A stretch of 63,911 nucleotides of DNA, filler included, from Octopus bimaculoides (lineage: Eukaryota), in the NCBI RefSeq assembly GCF_001194135.2. It is 6 parts of 6 records of this genome, joined end to end, with 100 filler letters (N's around TTAATTAATTAA, not from the genome) between each part and the next. Parts side by side here need not be neighbours in the genome. Positions count along the whole stretch, not along the records: positions 37,992 to 56,401 come from NC_069005.1; positions 56,502 to 61,870 come from NC_068987.1; positions 61,971 to 63,911 come from NC_068997.1; 3 more parts are not named here. One strand, written 5' to 3'. Under the pieces are notes generated by a model. The model was not told the DNA's origin. It ran no database searches and saw nothing but the letters and a program-made list of their open reading frames with translations. Position numbers and translations under genes: made by a program. Below, in pieces: positions 53,861-63,911 of the stretch (the stretch's first letter is position 1; every line of letters begins with the position of its first letter).

Positions 53861-54234
53861 AAATGTTCAGAAATTCTATTTATGATCTTCTCTTTAGTTC
53901 ATGAGTAGATTTGAACTGAGAAAATAAAATGTGACAAAAGACAAGACCATAAGTTTGTGGTGAGGGCTTCCTAGGTTGATCCCGTCACATTGACTGGAAC
54001 ATGATCATATTGATCCCCTTCTGACTGTCATCTACATCTCTTACAACACACTGCAACAAGCAATTTTCATCTAAGATAATTTGATAATTTGAGATGTACG
54101 TAAAGTTTTCCTGGCGATAATTTTGGAAACGTTTTGCTTTTCTCCTTCACACACATTTTTTGAGACTAATTATTTTGGTCTATAGTCCACTTCATAAATT
54201 ATAATTAAATATAGGTATTTTACAGTTTAATCCT

Positions 54235-54590
54235 CGTGAGTGGATTTGGTAGACAGAAACTGAAAGAAGTCTGTTGTATACACATATACAATCCAGCCTT
54301 GTGAGAAGATTTCATCCACAGGAACTGAAAGGAGACTGTCATATATATATGTGTGTGTGTGTGTGTCTTTTTTTTTTGTGCCTGTGTTTGTCAGCCACCA
54401 CCGCTTGACAACCAGTGTTGGTGTGTTTACGTTCCTGTAACTTAGCAGTTTGGCAAAAGGAACTGACAGAATAAGCACCAGGTTATTAAAAAAAAACAAA
54501 AAAAGTACTGAGATCAATTCCTTCGACTAAAAATTCTTCAAAGTAGTGCTCCAGCATGACTGCAATCTCATGATTGAAACAGGTAAAAAA
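54235..54590 (+). mobile_element. SINE family A, 5'-truncated, with a local partial duplication
   Basis: Body and 3' half present. Confidence 0.8.
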
Positions 54591-54914
54591 TAAAAGATAT
54601 TCGTAGTAGTTTCACAACCGTGCCACAATGGGAACCATATTAATATCAGATCTTAAAATGGCATGCAAGCAAGTATTATTTTAACAATCAACATGATGAT
54701 CAACACAAGTCATTGGGATCTCATCAAATTTCTGCAAATATTCAAGTGGTTTGCATAACAGGTTAAAGAAAAAGAAGCCCTCAATGTTATTTGAAGTACT
54801 AATGATTTGGAAGGAACAGATCACCTTACAGGCAGCTATTTTTGTATTGTAACAATTATATGGTTTTCTTCAAAAAAAAAAACAGATACAGAAAATTTTT
54901 TTCTCTGGCTTGAC

Positions 54915-55118
54915 TTAAATACCATATTTCTGTTGAAATACACCGCCTTTGCTCCAGTTAATGAAAATAATGATGAATTTAGTAAAATAACTTTGCCATC
55001 ATTAACCCAGTGTTTGGAACATTAATTAGCATGAAATTTCGATGGAACGTTTTAATTTTGATTATTTTAAAACAATTATTTTCTACCATAGAACCTGGGC
55101 TGGTATCAAAAAGGTTAA
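54915..55118. mobile_element. Possible piggyBac-like (TTAA) MITE remnant
   Basis: TTAA at both ends and right end aaaggTTAA. The left TIR appears lost. Confidence 0.3.
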
Positions 55119-55285
55119 TGGAAACATTTGTTTAAGAGGTCACTGTATAAAAAGATTTCAATTTCTTTCAGGAATATTTCCACAAATAATTATCATTATA
55201 ATTGGTTTTGAATTTTGGCATAAGGCCAATAATTTTGGAAGAGAGGGCAACTCAATCACATCAACCCCAGTTCTCAGCTGATACT

Positions 55286-56390
55286 CACAAGGGCTGGCTG
55301 AAAAGTTCATAGTCTGGCCAAGATACTCTCATGGAACATAACCAAAGGAGCTTTATTTTTTCACCATAGGCCCCCACTTGTGTTCCACACACTTCTTGTA
55401 GTTGTAGTGCTTGGATCTCAATGGTGAAGTCCAAGCTTGTCCAAAGCCTTGTGAGTGGATTTCATCGACAGGAACTGAAAGAAGCCTGTCATATATATGT
55501 GTGTGTGTGTGTGTGTCTTTTTTTTTGTGTCTGTGTTTGTCACCCACCACCACTTGACAACCAATGTTGGTGTGTTTACGTTCCTGTAACTTAGCAGTTT
55601 GGCAAAAGGAACTAACAGAATAAGCACCAGGTTATCAAAAAAAAAAAAAAAAGTACTGGGATCAATTTTGACCTTGTTGATCAAAAAAGTTCATTAACAG
55701 CAGATAGGACATCACAATCACTGCGATACTGGTGCTAAGCCAAGTGTTTTTTCATGCTGAGGAACAAATAATAGTCAGCTGTGGCCAAATCAGGAGAATA
55801 GGGAGGTTGATTCACCAGCTCAAAATCAGTCATACACAACAACTATTGAAACCAAGGATTTGTATGCTGGAGCATTGTCCTAATGAAGCAAGACCCCTTT
55901 CTACAGTTTTCCTGGACATTTGACCTTGATAGCCTTTTGTAACTGCCTTGGTAAAGTTGGCATAGCATTCTCTGTTGATGGTGTGGTCCTTTTGAAGACA
56001 GTTAATAAACAGTTCCAAAAAACTGAGGCCATCATCTCCCCTGTAGATGAAACAACATTGGACTTCTTTGGAGCAGGTGAGAAGGAGTGCTTCCACTGCA
56101 TGGACTGTCTCTCTGTCTCTGGCTCAAAGTGATGAACCAAACACTCGTTCTGGGTTAGGAAATGTTCAAGGAAACCAGCTGGATCTGCCTCAAACAATGT
56201 CAGATTTTTGTATGATATGATCAGACTGGTGCCCTTTTGATCAGGTGTCAGATGATGTGGCACCCACCAAGCAGGAATTTTCATCATGCCAAGTTTATTG
56301 TGCAGAATATTCTCAACTGGCCCCTTCTCACAAAAAAAACTTTTAGGCCTTGGACCTATTGTAGAAACGATTATCATTATTATTATTATT
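55286..56390 (-). mobile_element. Decayed mariner element interrupted by a SINE
   Basis: WVPHHLT, MMASVFW, DNAPA and PPYSPDLATADYYLF motifs. TIR-like end cacaagggctggctgaaaagttc at 55286. SINE inserted at about 55441-55670. Confidence 0.9.
55441..55670 (+). mobile_element. SINE family A inserted in the mariner element
   Basis: Interrupts the mariner C-terminal coding region. Confidence 0.85.
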
Positions 56391-56501
56391 ATTATTATTA
56401 TNNNNNNNNNNNNNNNNNNNNNNNNNNNNNNNNNNNNNNNNNNNNTTAATTAATTAANNNNNNNNNNNNNNNNNNNNNNNNNNNNNNNNNNNNNNNNNNN
56501 N

Positions 56502-57798
56502 CTCCAGACATGGTCTGGGCGGTGGCTATCCTTGAAAGGGAGGGTGGAGGTGGCTAATGTGTTCATCGCATCGGTCATCACCTACCGCCTGACCGTCGTG
56601 CCCTGTCCGGATTCGTGGTTAAGCAAGTTGGAGAGGCAAATCTTTCACTTTTTTTGGAAGGGCTCCGCTCCTCTTGTAAGACATTCTATTTGTTGCCAGA
56701 ATCCGTTAAAAGGTGGGTTGGGGATGCCTTGGCTAATGAGACGCAGACATGCGTTGAGGTTGAGGCATCTCTGGCTCTACCTGGATGGTGAACGGGTGTG
56801 GTCTCCGCTCGCTAGACGAATGTTCCCCGGTTTTACCGGTTTTGGTGAAAATGAAAACTGGTTTCGTCGCAGATCGAGGTCGGGTACCTAGTACACGGAG
56901 TGCCGCAAGGCACTTCTCCAATTCCTCAGCACGGTCAATGCCAGTGGTTTCGGTACCACCGCAGCGTTCTATAGCAGGTTGGTAGAGGCTGGGAATGACG
57001 ATGTCTTGGGGAGGACCCTGAGTCTCGATGATAACCAGTTGGTCGGCCTGTTCCAGAGAACTTTCGGGCCAAGGACACTGGATAACTTCGAAAAGTCATT
57101 GGCCTGGCAATGTTACAGAGGAGCCTTACCGGTTCGAGATAAACTCACCAGACACGGCCACCCTGGGCCATCGGCCTGCCCAAGATGTGAGCAGGACGTG
57201 GAAACCGTCCTGCACGCTATTGTGCAGTGTCCGGGCATTTCGGAAGTGTGGGTTTACGCAGAGCACCTGTTGTCAGATGTGAGAAGAGTACAGCTATCAG
57301 CTGAGTCGATTTTAAAAATCAACCCACTGGACTTCCTTACGGATGAAGGTAAGAATTGTTTTCTCATAGTGGTAGCAATTGCGAAAGAGGTGGTTTGGAA
57401 GTCGAGAATGAAAGGTTTGGTGACAGACTGCTTCATATCTGGCCTTGACTTGGTAAATGTTTTTACGTTTCACCTGAAAAGAAAGGTGGGGTTGGAGAGA
57501 AGGTGTCTGTCACTGAGTGTGTTTCAAAAACGATGGATACGTGTTGCACGCATGTTGGGAGCGAAAGGCCCTGCGCATGTCATAACGGAAATGCAAGGTG
57601 TCGGTTAAAAGGGCAGAGCTCGTGGAGTCGACTGTCCTTTTAACCTCATTTTGTCCTTAACGTTTGTTATTGTCCTTTGTGCCCCATTCGATAAATTCAT
57701 GTTTATATAAATTTTATTCTCATTTCGTGTTATATGACCCCCAGATCATATTGCACTGTCCCCTCTGTGTTCGTCCTTCATGGATAATAATAAAATCA
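56502..57798 (+). mobile_element. Tx1/L1-clade non-LTR retrotransposon, 3' part of ORF2 plus 3'UTR
   Basis: Post-RT region (FFWKG...GGLGMP), zf-RVT-type CPRC..DVETVLHAIVQC, stop at 57608, pyrimidine-rich UTR ending in AATAAA (57789-57794). 5' part is lost in a gap. Confidence 0.9.
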
Positions 57799-59560
57799 TT
57801 CGAAATTTCTCACTTTTTGGGTTCGGACGTGCCGTTTCAAAGTGCCAGGATTTGTAAGCTTAATTACTTGTTGTCTCACGTTGTTGCCTTTGTTAAATTA
57901 GTCGTTGTGTTTTAACACACCTTGTTTCTCCCGCGCGAGCAGAAATGTCGTTGTGCCCCACTTGCTTGAGGGAGGGAAACGTTTGATATTTATCATGAAA
58001 ACCAACCTCGAGGAGATTGGCTCTTCCGACACGGATTCGTGGGAGAACGAATTCCTACAATGTGTGAACAGCATGGAGGAGGAACTTAGGAAGTGAAAGG
58101 CGGCGTGTAAAAAGAAGAGTTTTGCGGCTGCGGCCGGTTTAGAAAGGAAAAGTTTGGAAGTGGTAACGAACGAATTAAAGAAATACGAAAGCACGTTGTA
58201 AAGAGAGGGGAAAGAAATAAGATTATCCCCTCCCGGTGAAGTGGCTCAGAGTGTAACCAGGAAAACGGTAACATTCAAAAGTTTTAATAGAAAGGGAAAA
58301 GCCATCAACGTAGTTGAAAGAAGAGAAATCGAGAAGTATTTGGACATCTGGACAGATATAACATATCTGGCCAGGGGTGCCAAATTCGCAACAGTAGAAG
58401 TGAGGTTTTCTATCGAAGAAAAGGCCAGGCAACACTTCGTGGCCTCGATAGCAACAGAGAATACCTTCTTACCTTGGGTGAGGGTGGAAGAGATACCACT
58501 GAAGGTGGAAGTTACCTGGCTTATTTCAGCCATAGTATTGGACCTGGAGGAGAAAGTAACAATCCTCCAGGCCGCGAGAGTACCAGCTAGGAACTGGATG
58601 GGGCAATGCCTGGAAATGGTCATTCAGGCTTCCCCAGAGACTTGGACACGATAGTGGACACCATTGTAGTTGAGAGTTATGGTGAAGCCCAGGTGTTTTA
58701 ATTGCGACCAGATGGTCCACATAAGAGCCGAATGTTCTCCCCCTTGCAAAGATTCAAGTGACTCAACCAGTGGAAACCGTACTTCCACCCAGTATGCCAC
58801 CAAAAGCGATGGAAATACAAATTGGGGATACATGTGAACAAGAGGAAGCAGTGAAGGAATGGGCTGCCGGAACAAAAAAAGAAGGAAACGAAGGGAGACA
58901 ACATACCAGTGACGAAGATCCCCAGCCCGATTCCACCCCAGTCTTACCCTGTCCCTCTCCTCCTCACCCTTTCCCTGCATGCACTAGCCCCCGCCATGCA
59001 CCACCAAACGCTGACCCTGACCCTACCCCTACAAAAAAAAAACGAGCAAGCAGACATAAACCAAACCCCTCCAGCCCCCACCCCATGAAAAGAGTTATAT
59101 AGTAATATTCTGTAAGTCGACTAAAAAGTTGGCGGAGGAGATGGACAGAATGGATAAGGGCGTGAAGGTGTGCGATGTTGATGACTACTTTGATAACGTG
59201 AGTGGCGTAGTTATTGGCAAAGAGCATCTTAAAAAACTAAAAAAGAAGTATGGGCCAATCATTGATGAACGGTCGATAATGATCGACTGTGCAGTCGATC
59301 AAAAAACTGTAAGTTTATACAATTACAATTTAAAAAAGAAAAAAAGAAAAAAGATAACTTTAATGAATGTAATTGTTTGTAATAAGGTTCAGTGAGGTCA
59401 CTCGGAGTGTGGGGTTCGAGCGGCAGTCATTTCATCCTCTCATTTAATTACTTTTCATCGTTTTCATTCGTTTTTTTTCTTTATATTTTTCCCCACTTTT
59501 ATGTGTCTGTCTTTGTGCTGTCTCCTCTATGTATGGCCTTTATGGCAAGAATAAAATTAA
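57799..59560 (+). mobile_element. ORF1-only (gag-like, CCHC zinc knuckle) retroelement, unit 1, decayed
   Basis: ITYLARGAKFATVEVRF, CFNCDQMVHIRAEC and a Pro/Lys-rich tail. No APE or RT sequence before its own tail and AATAAA (59550-59555). Confidence 0.7.
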
Positions 59561-60937
59561 TTCGAAATTTGTCCACTTTGTGTTGGAGTTGGTCGTAATC
59601 GTTTAGTAATGCTTGTTTCTTAAAAGTTTATTGTTTTGTGTGTTTTTTAAACACATTGTTTTTTCTGCCTTACGGCAAACTTGTTGACGTTTCCCCCCTT
59701 ATTTGAAGGTGAAGAAACACTGTATTTTACTACGTATTATGATAATATGTGGAGGCGCAATGGCCCAGTGGTTAGGGCAGCGGACTTGCGGTTATAGGAT
59801 CGCGGTTTCGATTCCCATACCGGGCGTTGTGAGTGTTTATTGAGCGAAAACACCTAAAGCTCCACGAGGCTCCGACAGGGGATGGTGGCGAACCCTGCTG
59901 CACTCTTCCACCACAACTTTCTCTCACTCTTACTTCCTGTTTCTGTTGTGCCAATTCAAAGGGTCAGCCTTGTCACACTGTGTCACGCTGAATATCCCCG
60001 AGAACTACGTTAAGGGTACACGTGTCTGTGGAGTGCTCAGCCACTTGTACGTTAATTTCACGAGCAGGCTGTTCCGTTGATCGGATCATTTGGAGCCCTC
60101 GACGTCGTAAGCGACGGAGTGCCAACAACACACAACAAATTATGATAATATAAGTTCATCCGACAGAGAACAACATAGAAAAAGAACTGTCTAAGCGTGA
60201 AAAAGAAAATTTTAAAAATTATGAACCTATCAATATGGATGAAAATTTGAAAAATTTTGCAGCTGTGGCTGGTGTTTCCAAGGAAGAAGTCAATTTCGAG
60301 AGGCGGGAGCTGGAGAAGTACAGAGACCTAAGGAAAAAGGAGGGGCATGTAAAGTTAAAGTGACCCCTCCTAGCGAAGTTACACGAAGTGTAGAAAGAAA
60401 GACGATTATTTTTAAAATGTTTGACATCAAATAAAAGAAAATAGAAGTGGTTTCAAAGGAACAGGTAGAAAGGTGCTTAAATCCCAATAGGCACGACATC
60501 ACGTATCTGGCCAGGAGAAGGAAATATGCAACGGTGGAGGTGCGGTTTATAACTGAAGAGGAGGCCAGGATACACTCCATGGCCTCCCTGAAGTCACTTT
60601 ATTCCCAACTTACCTTGGAAGACGTGCTTCCAGGGTAAGGGTGAATGAAATTCCATCGGTGATCGAGGATGCCTGGATTGTGGCTGCTGTAATCCTTGGA
60701 ATAGAGGAGAAAATTACAATTCTCCAAACGACAAGGATACCGCATCAGAACTGGCAAGGGCAGAGTCTGGAGATGGTTATCCAGGTTGCCCCGGAGAACT
60801 AGAAATTATTGCGGACACCATCCCCGTGGGTAATGATACAAGATAAAGGGTTGTAGTGGAGGGCAAGAAGCCTCGTTGCTTCAAATGTGGCCAGAAAGGC
60901 CACATAAGAGCAGAATGTCCTCCGCCTCCCGTAAAAT
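59561..60937 (+). mobile_element. ORF1-only (gag-like) retroelement, unit 2, a diverged paralogue with a SINE inside and a mariner truncating it
   Basis: ITYLARRRKYATVEVRF and CFKCGQKGHIRAEC. Leader is homologous to unit 1 (ttcgaaattt...cacttt; gtgttt..aacac..ttgttt). Confidence 0.7.
59749..60138 (+). mobile_element. SINE (head B2, tail T1), full length, with a 13-bp TSD
   Basis: tRNA-like head ggaggcgcaatggcccagtggttagg...ggtttcgattccc. TSD attatgataatat at 59736-59748 and 60139-60151. Confidence 0.9.
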
Positions 60938-61258
60938 TAGGTCAAGTATGAAATTTGTAGAAAAAAAGAAAAGTTTGCTAATGTTTTATAAATACAAGGA
61001 ATAGTTTTATTCATCAAAGTTTGCACCCATGTTGTCAATACACTTTTGCCATTTCAGTGGTAGCTTGTCTGGCCTATAAAAACAGTAAAAGCCTGGCAAT
61101 CTAGAGTCAATAAAATCTTGGAAGGCCTGTTTTACAGCATCGTCGGAATTAAATTTCTTTCCCATCACAAAGTTCTCCAAATTCTGGAAGAAGTGGTAGT
61201 CAGTGGGGGCTTCTACTATATAATCTAACTGATAGAACTGAACCACTTACACCTTGTG
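60938..61258 (-). mobile_element. Mariner 3' fragment with terminal inverted repeat, inserted at TA
   Basis: APTDYHFFQNLENF...KWQKCID.MGANFD. The TIR-like TAggtcaagtatgaaatttg truncates the upstream gag-like ORF. Confidence 0.85.
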
Positions 61259-61259
61259 A

Positions 61260-61870
61260 ACCTAAAATTAATTTAAAGGACCATAAGAAAAACTTTCAGG
61301 AAAACCCTACTGTTAGACTCATTTGATATTGGAAGACTAAGTAAGCTTATTCTCGATAACATTATACCTTTTATTATTCCTAACCTTACTCTAAAATTAT
61401 GGATTAATACGGATGAAGCACTTAATTGGTTTAGGTCTATTGACAATAATAACAATTTTTCCTTCATCCAATTTGATATCAATAATTAGTATTCCAGCAT
61501 GTCCCCTAAAGCTCTCATCTTTGCCAAAAATAGATCCCTAATTACTAGAGAAAAAATTGATATAATTCTTTTAGCTAGAAGAACCATCATCGAATTCGAT
61601 GATAGACTCTGGACCAGATCAGACACCCCTGATAACTTTGATATCCCAATGGGATCGAGTGATTCGGCTGAAATCACAAATCTGGTTGGGGCATATCTTT
61701 TATATTGCCTAAATAGGGAAATTCCTGAACTTCAAGGGGGTCTTTACAGGGATGATGCGTTATTTATCATTCCCACCAACAATAAGTCAACCATAGAGAG
61801 AATGAGAAAAAATATTAGAAAATTCTTTAAAAGCTTTAACCTTAGCATTACTTTCGAATATGGTACTAAG
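61260..61870 (+). mobile_element. Penelope-like element reverse transcriptase fragment
   Basis: LKDHK.NF.ENPTVRLI, FIQFDI, FDIPMGSSDSAEITNLVG and GLYRDD motifs. Confidence 0.85.
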
Positions 61871-61970
61871 NNNNNNNNNNNNNNNNNNNNNNNNNNNNNN
61901 NNNNNNNNNNNNNNTTAATTAATTAANNNNNNNNNNNNNNNNNNNNNNNNNNNNNNNNNNNNNNNNNNNN

Positions 61971-62005
<35 letters not shown>

Positions 62006-62738
62006 TATTGATTGATTGATTCTTCATCTTTTGGCATCTTGAAGAATGATATTATATGGAAGACTAAAAGAGAACAAAAGGAAAACTGGAAACGCAAAGT
62101 GCAGAGCGGTGTGTGGTCCACGAGACCTGCCGCGTGACCTGGGACGATTCTACAGCAATTAGTCATGGATTTAGAAAATTTTACTATTATTCAGTAGCAT
62201 TGTTATTGTTGTTGTTGCTGTGTTGTTTGTCAGTATTACATGACTTGAAGTTACAAAATATGACGGATTAGGTCGTACGAGGAAGCTGCGCCCTCACACG
62301 GACGTGGACCAGTTCTCATTGCAGATGCGCATATTCTCGAGCGACCACTAACGTGCACTGCACGCGCTCACCGTGCGTGAAACCGTACACCCAGCCCACA
62401 AGATTCGTATTAATTGTCTATCGAGCATCGTTACATGTATGCACACACGCATGTGTGCACACATGTACGTATGTATGTTTGTGCGTTTGTATGTATGTAG
62501 GCAAGTATGTGTGAGTAATATGTGCGTGGAAGTTTGTGTGAGTGCGCGCAAACTCTGATACACACCTCCGCGCGCGCGCGCACCACCACCAACAACAACA
62601 ACAACAACCACTCCAGACATTGTTCTCTGATCTATGTCAGACAAACAAATTTGACCAACAACGCTTCACAGCTGGAAAGTCTTCTAAAAATTGACGATGT
62701 GTGATGTCTCACTTGGAAACACACACGTACACACGCGC

Positions 62739-62783
<45 letters not shown>

Positions 62784-63109
62784 CATNNNNNNNNNNNNNN
62801 NNNNNNNNNNNNNNNNNNNNNNNNNNNNNNNNNNNNNNNNNNNNNNNNNNNNNNNNNNNNNNNNNNNNNNNNNNNNNNNNNNNNNNNNNNNNNNNNNNNN
62901 NNNNNNNNNNNNNNNNNNNNNNNNNNNNNNNNNNNNNNNNNNNNNNNNNNNNNNNNNNNNNNNNNNNNNNNNNNNNNNNNNNNNNNNNNNNNNNNNNNNN
63001 NNNNNNNNNNNNNNNNNNNNNNNNNNNNNNNNNNNNNNNNNNNNNNNNNNNNNNNNNNNNNNNNNNNNNNNNNNNNNNNNNNNNNNNNNNNNNNNNNNNN
63101 NNNNNNNNN

Positions 63110-63146
<37 letters not shown>

Positions 63147-63699
63147 CGTATGTGTGTGTGTATATATAATCGAGTGACATTGAATGATGGTGAGGTCCGC
63201 CGAACCATGCGATGTAAACCACAGTCCGGTTTACATTTGCAAGTGCATCAGTTCATTCACTCCTCCGCGTACTTACCCACTAACTAACCCGTTCACTACA
63301 ATCACTCACTCATTCACTCACTCACTCTCGAGCTTCTTGTCTTGACACCAAAACTTTTAAACCGATTTGTTTGGTTGTTAACAACTAAAAGTAACCCTCG
63401 ACACTGCGCACAAAATCATATAAAATATAAGTCCGGGTACAAATTAGCATGTCTACAGCGCCCTTCATTTCGTGTGAGAATTGCCAGATTTCAAAAACAA
63501 TGTGTTATATTTCAAATATGGAAAATGAAATGTTAAATAAGTAAAAGAAACTAACAAAATATGTTATAGCAATATGTTAGGTGAACAATTGCGACGTTAG
63601 CTTTTATACTATTTGCAAAAGCCACGCATTTTGGAGATGTATGCCATGTGATGGATATTAGGTCGATTTTGCATGACGACCATTTTTGTTTTCCATTAG

Positions 63700-63850
63700 A
63701 TAAACAGCTATATTGTTTCGGGTTCAGTCCTACTGCGTGGCATCTTGGCCAAGCGTCTTCTACAATAGATACTTGTATGGTGTCCCTTAAACCACAGGCC
63801 GACCAGAGCCATATGAGTGGATTTGAGAGAAAAGGAGAGCTCAAAAATGC
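63700..63850 (-). mobile_element. SINE family A, diverged 5' half
   Basis: Reverse-complement match to family A. Confidence 0.7.
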
Positions 63851-63853
63851 TTG

Positions 63854-63896
<43 letters not shown>

Positions 63897-63911
63897 TACA
63901 TATATATATAT

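Noticed and set aside
59749-59830. tRNA genes (also heads at 4085, 17236 and 38264)
   Set aside because: A/B-box-like heads continue into SINE bodies, no full cloverleaf is apparent, and one copy has a TSD.
21209-61926. TTAATTAATTAA recurring five times
   Set aside because: Always centred in a 100-bp N block; it is an artificial scaffolding linker, not a biological motif.

Overview
Repeat-dense, AT-rich animal genomic DNA from a gapped short-read scaffold. The tRNA-derived SINE families and heavy microsatellite load suggest an octopus genome (inference, not checked by search). The window holds three abundant SINE families, fossil hAT, mariner, maT/Tc1, MITE, Penelope, R4/Dong-like, RTE-like and Tx1-like elements, microsatellites and about 30 N-gaps with several gap-edge artefacts. 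Host coding signal is sparse and on the minus strand. It consists of an intact ~200-aa very hydrophobic orphan ORF (15277->14675), a cleanly spliced 75-nt exon encoding a signal-peptide-like N-terminus (28638->28564), and a likely 5'UTR exon and promoter near 32874-33180. The best candidate for an undescribed system is at 56.5-60.9 kb. There a Tx1-like LINE 3' end is followed head-to-tail by two diverged ORF1-only (gag-like, CCHC) units. Each unit starts with the same leader directly after the previous element's AATAAA, and unit 1 ends in a tail resembling the LINE's tail. This resembles HAL1 or HeT-A/TART architecture. All family assignments come from motifs read by eye; no database searches were run.
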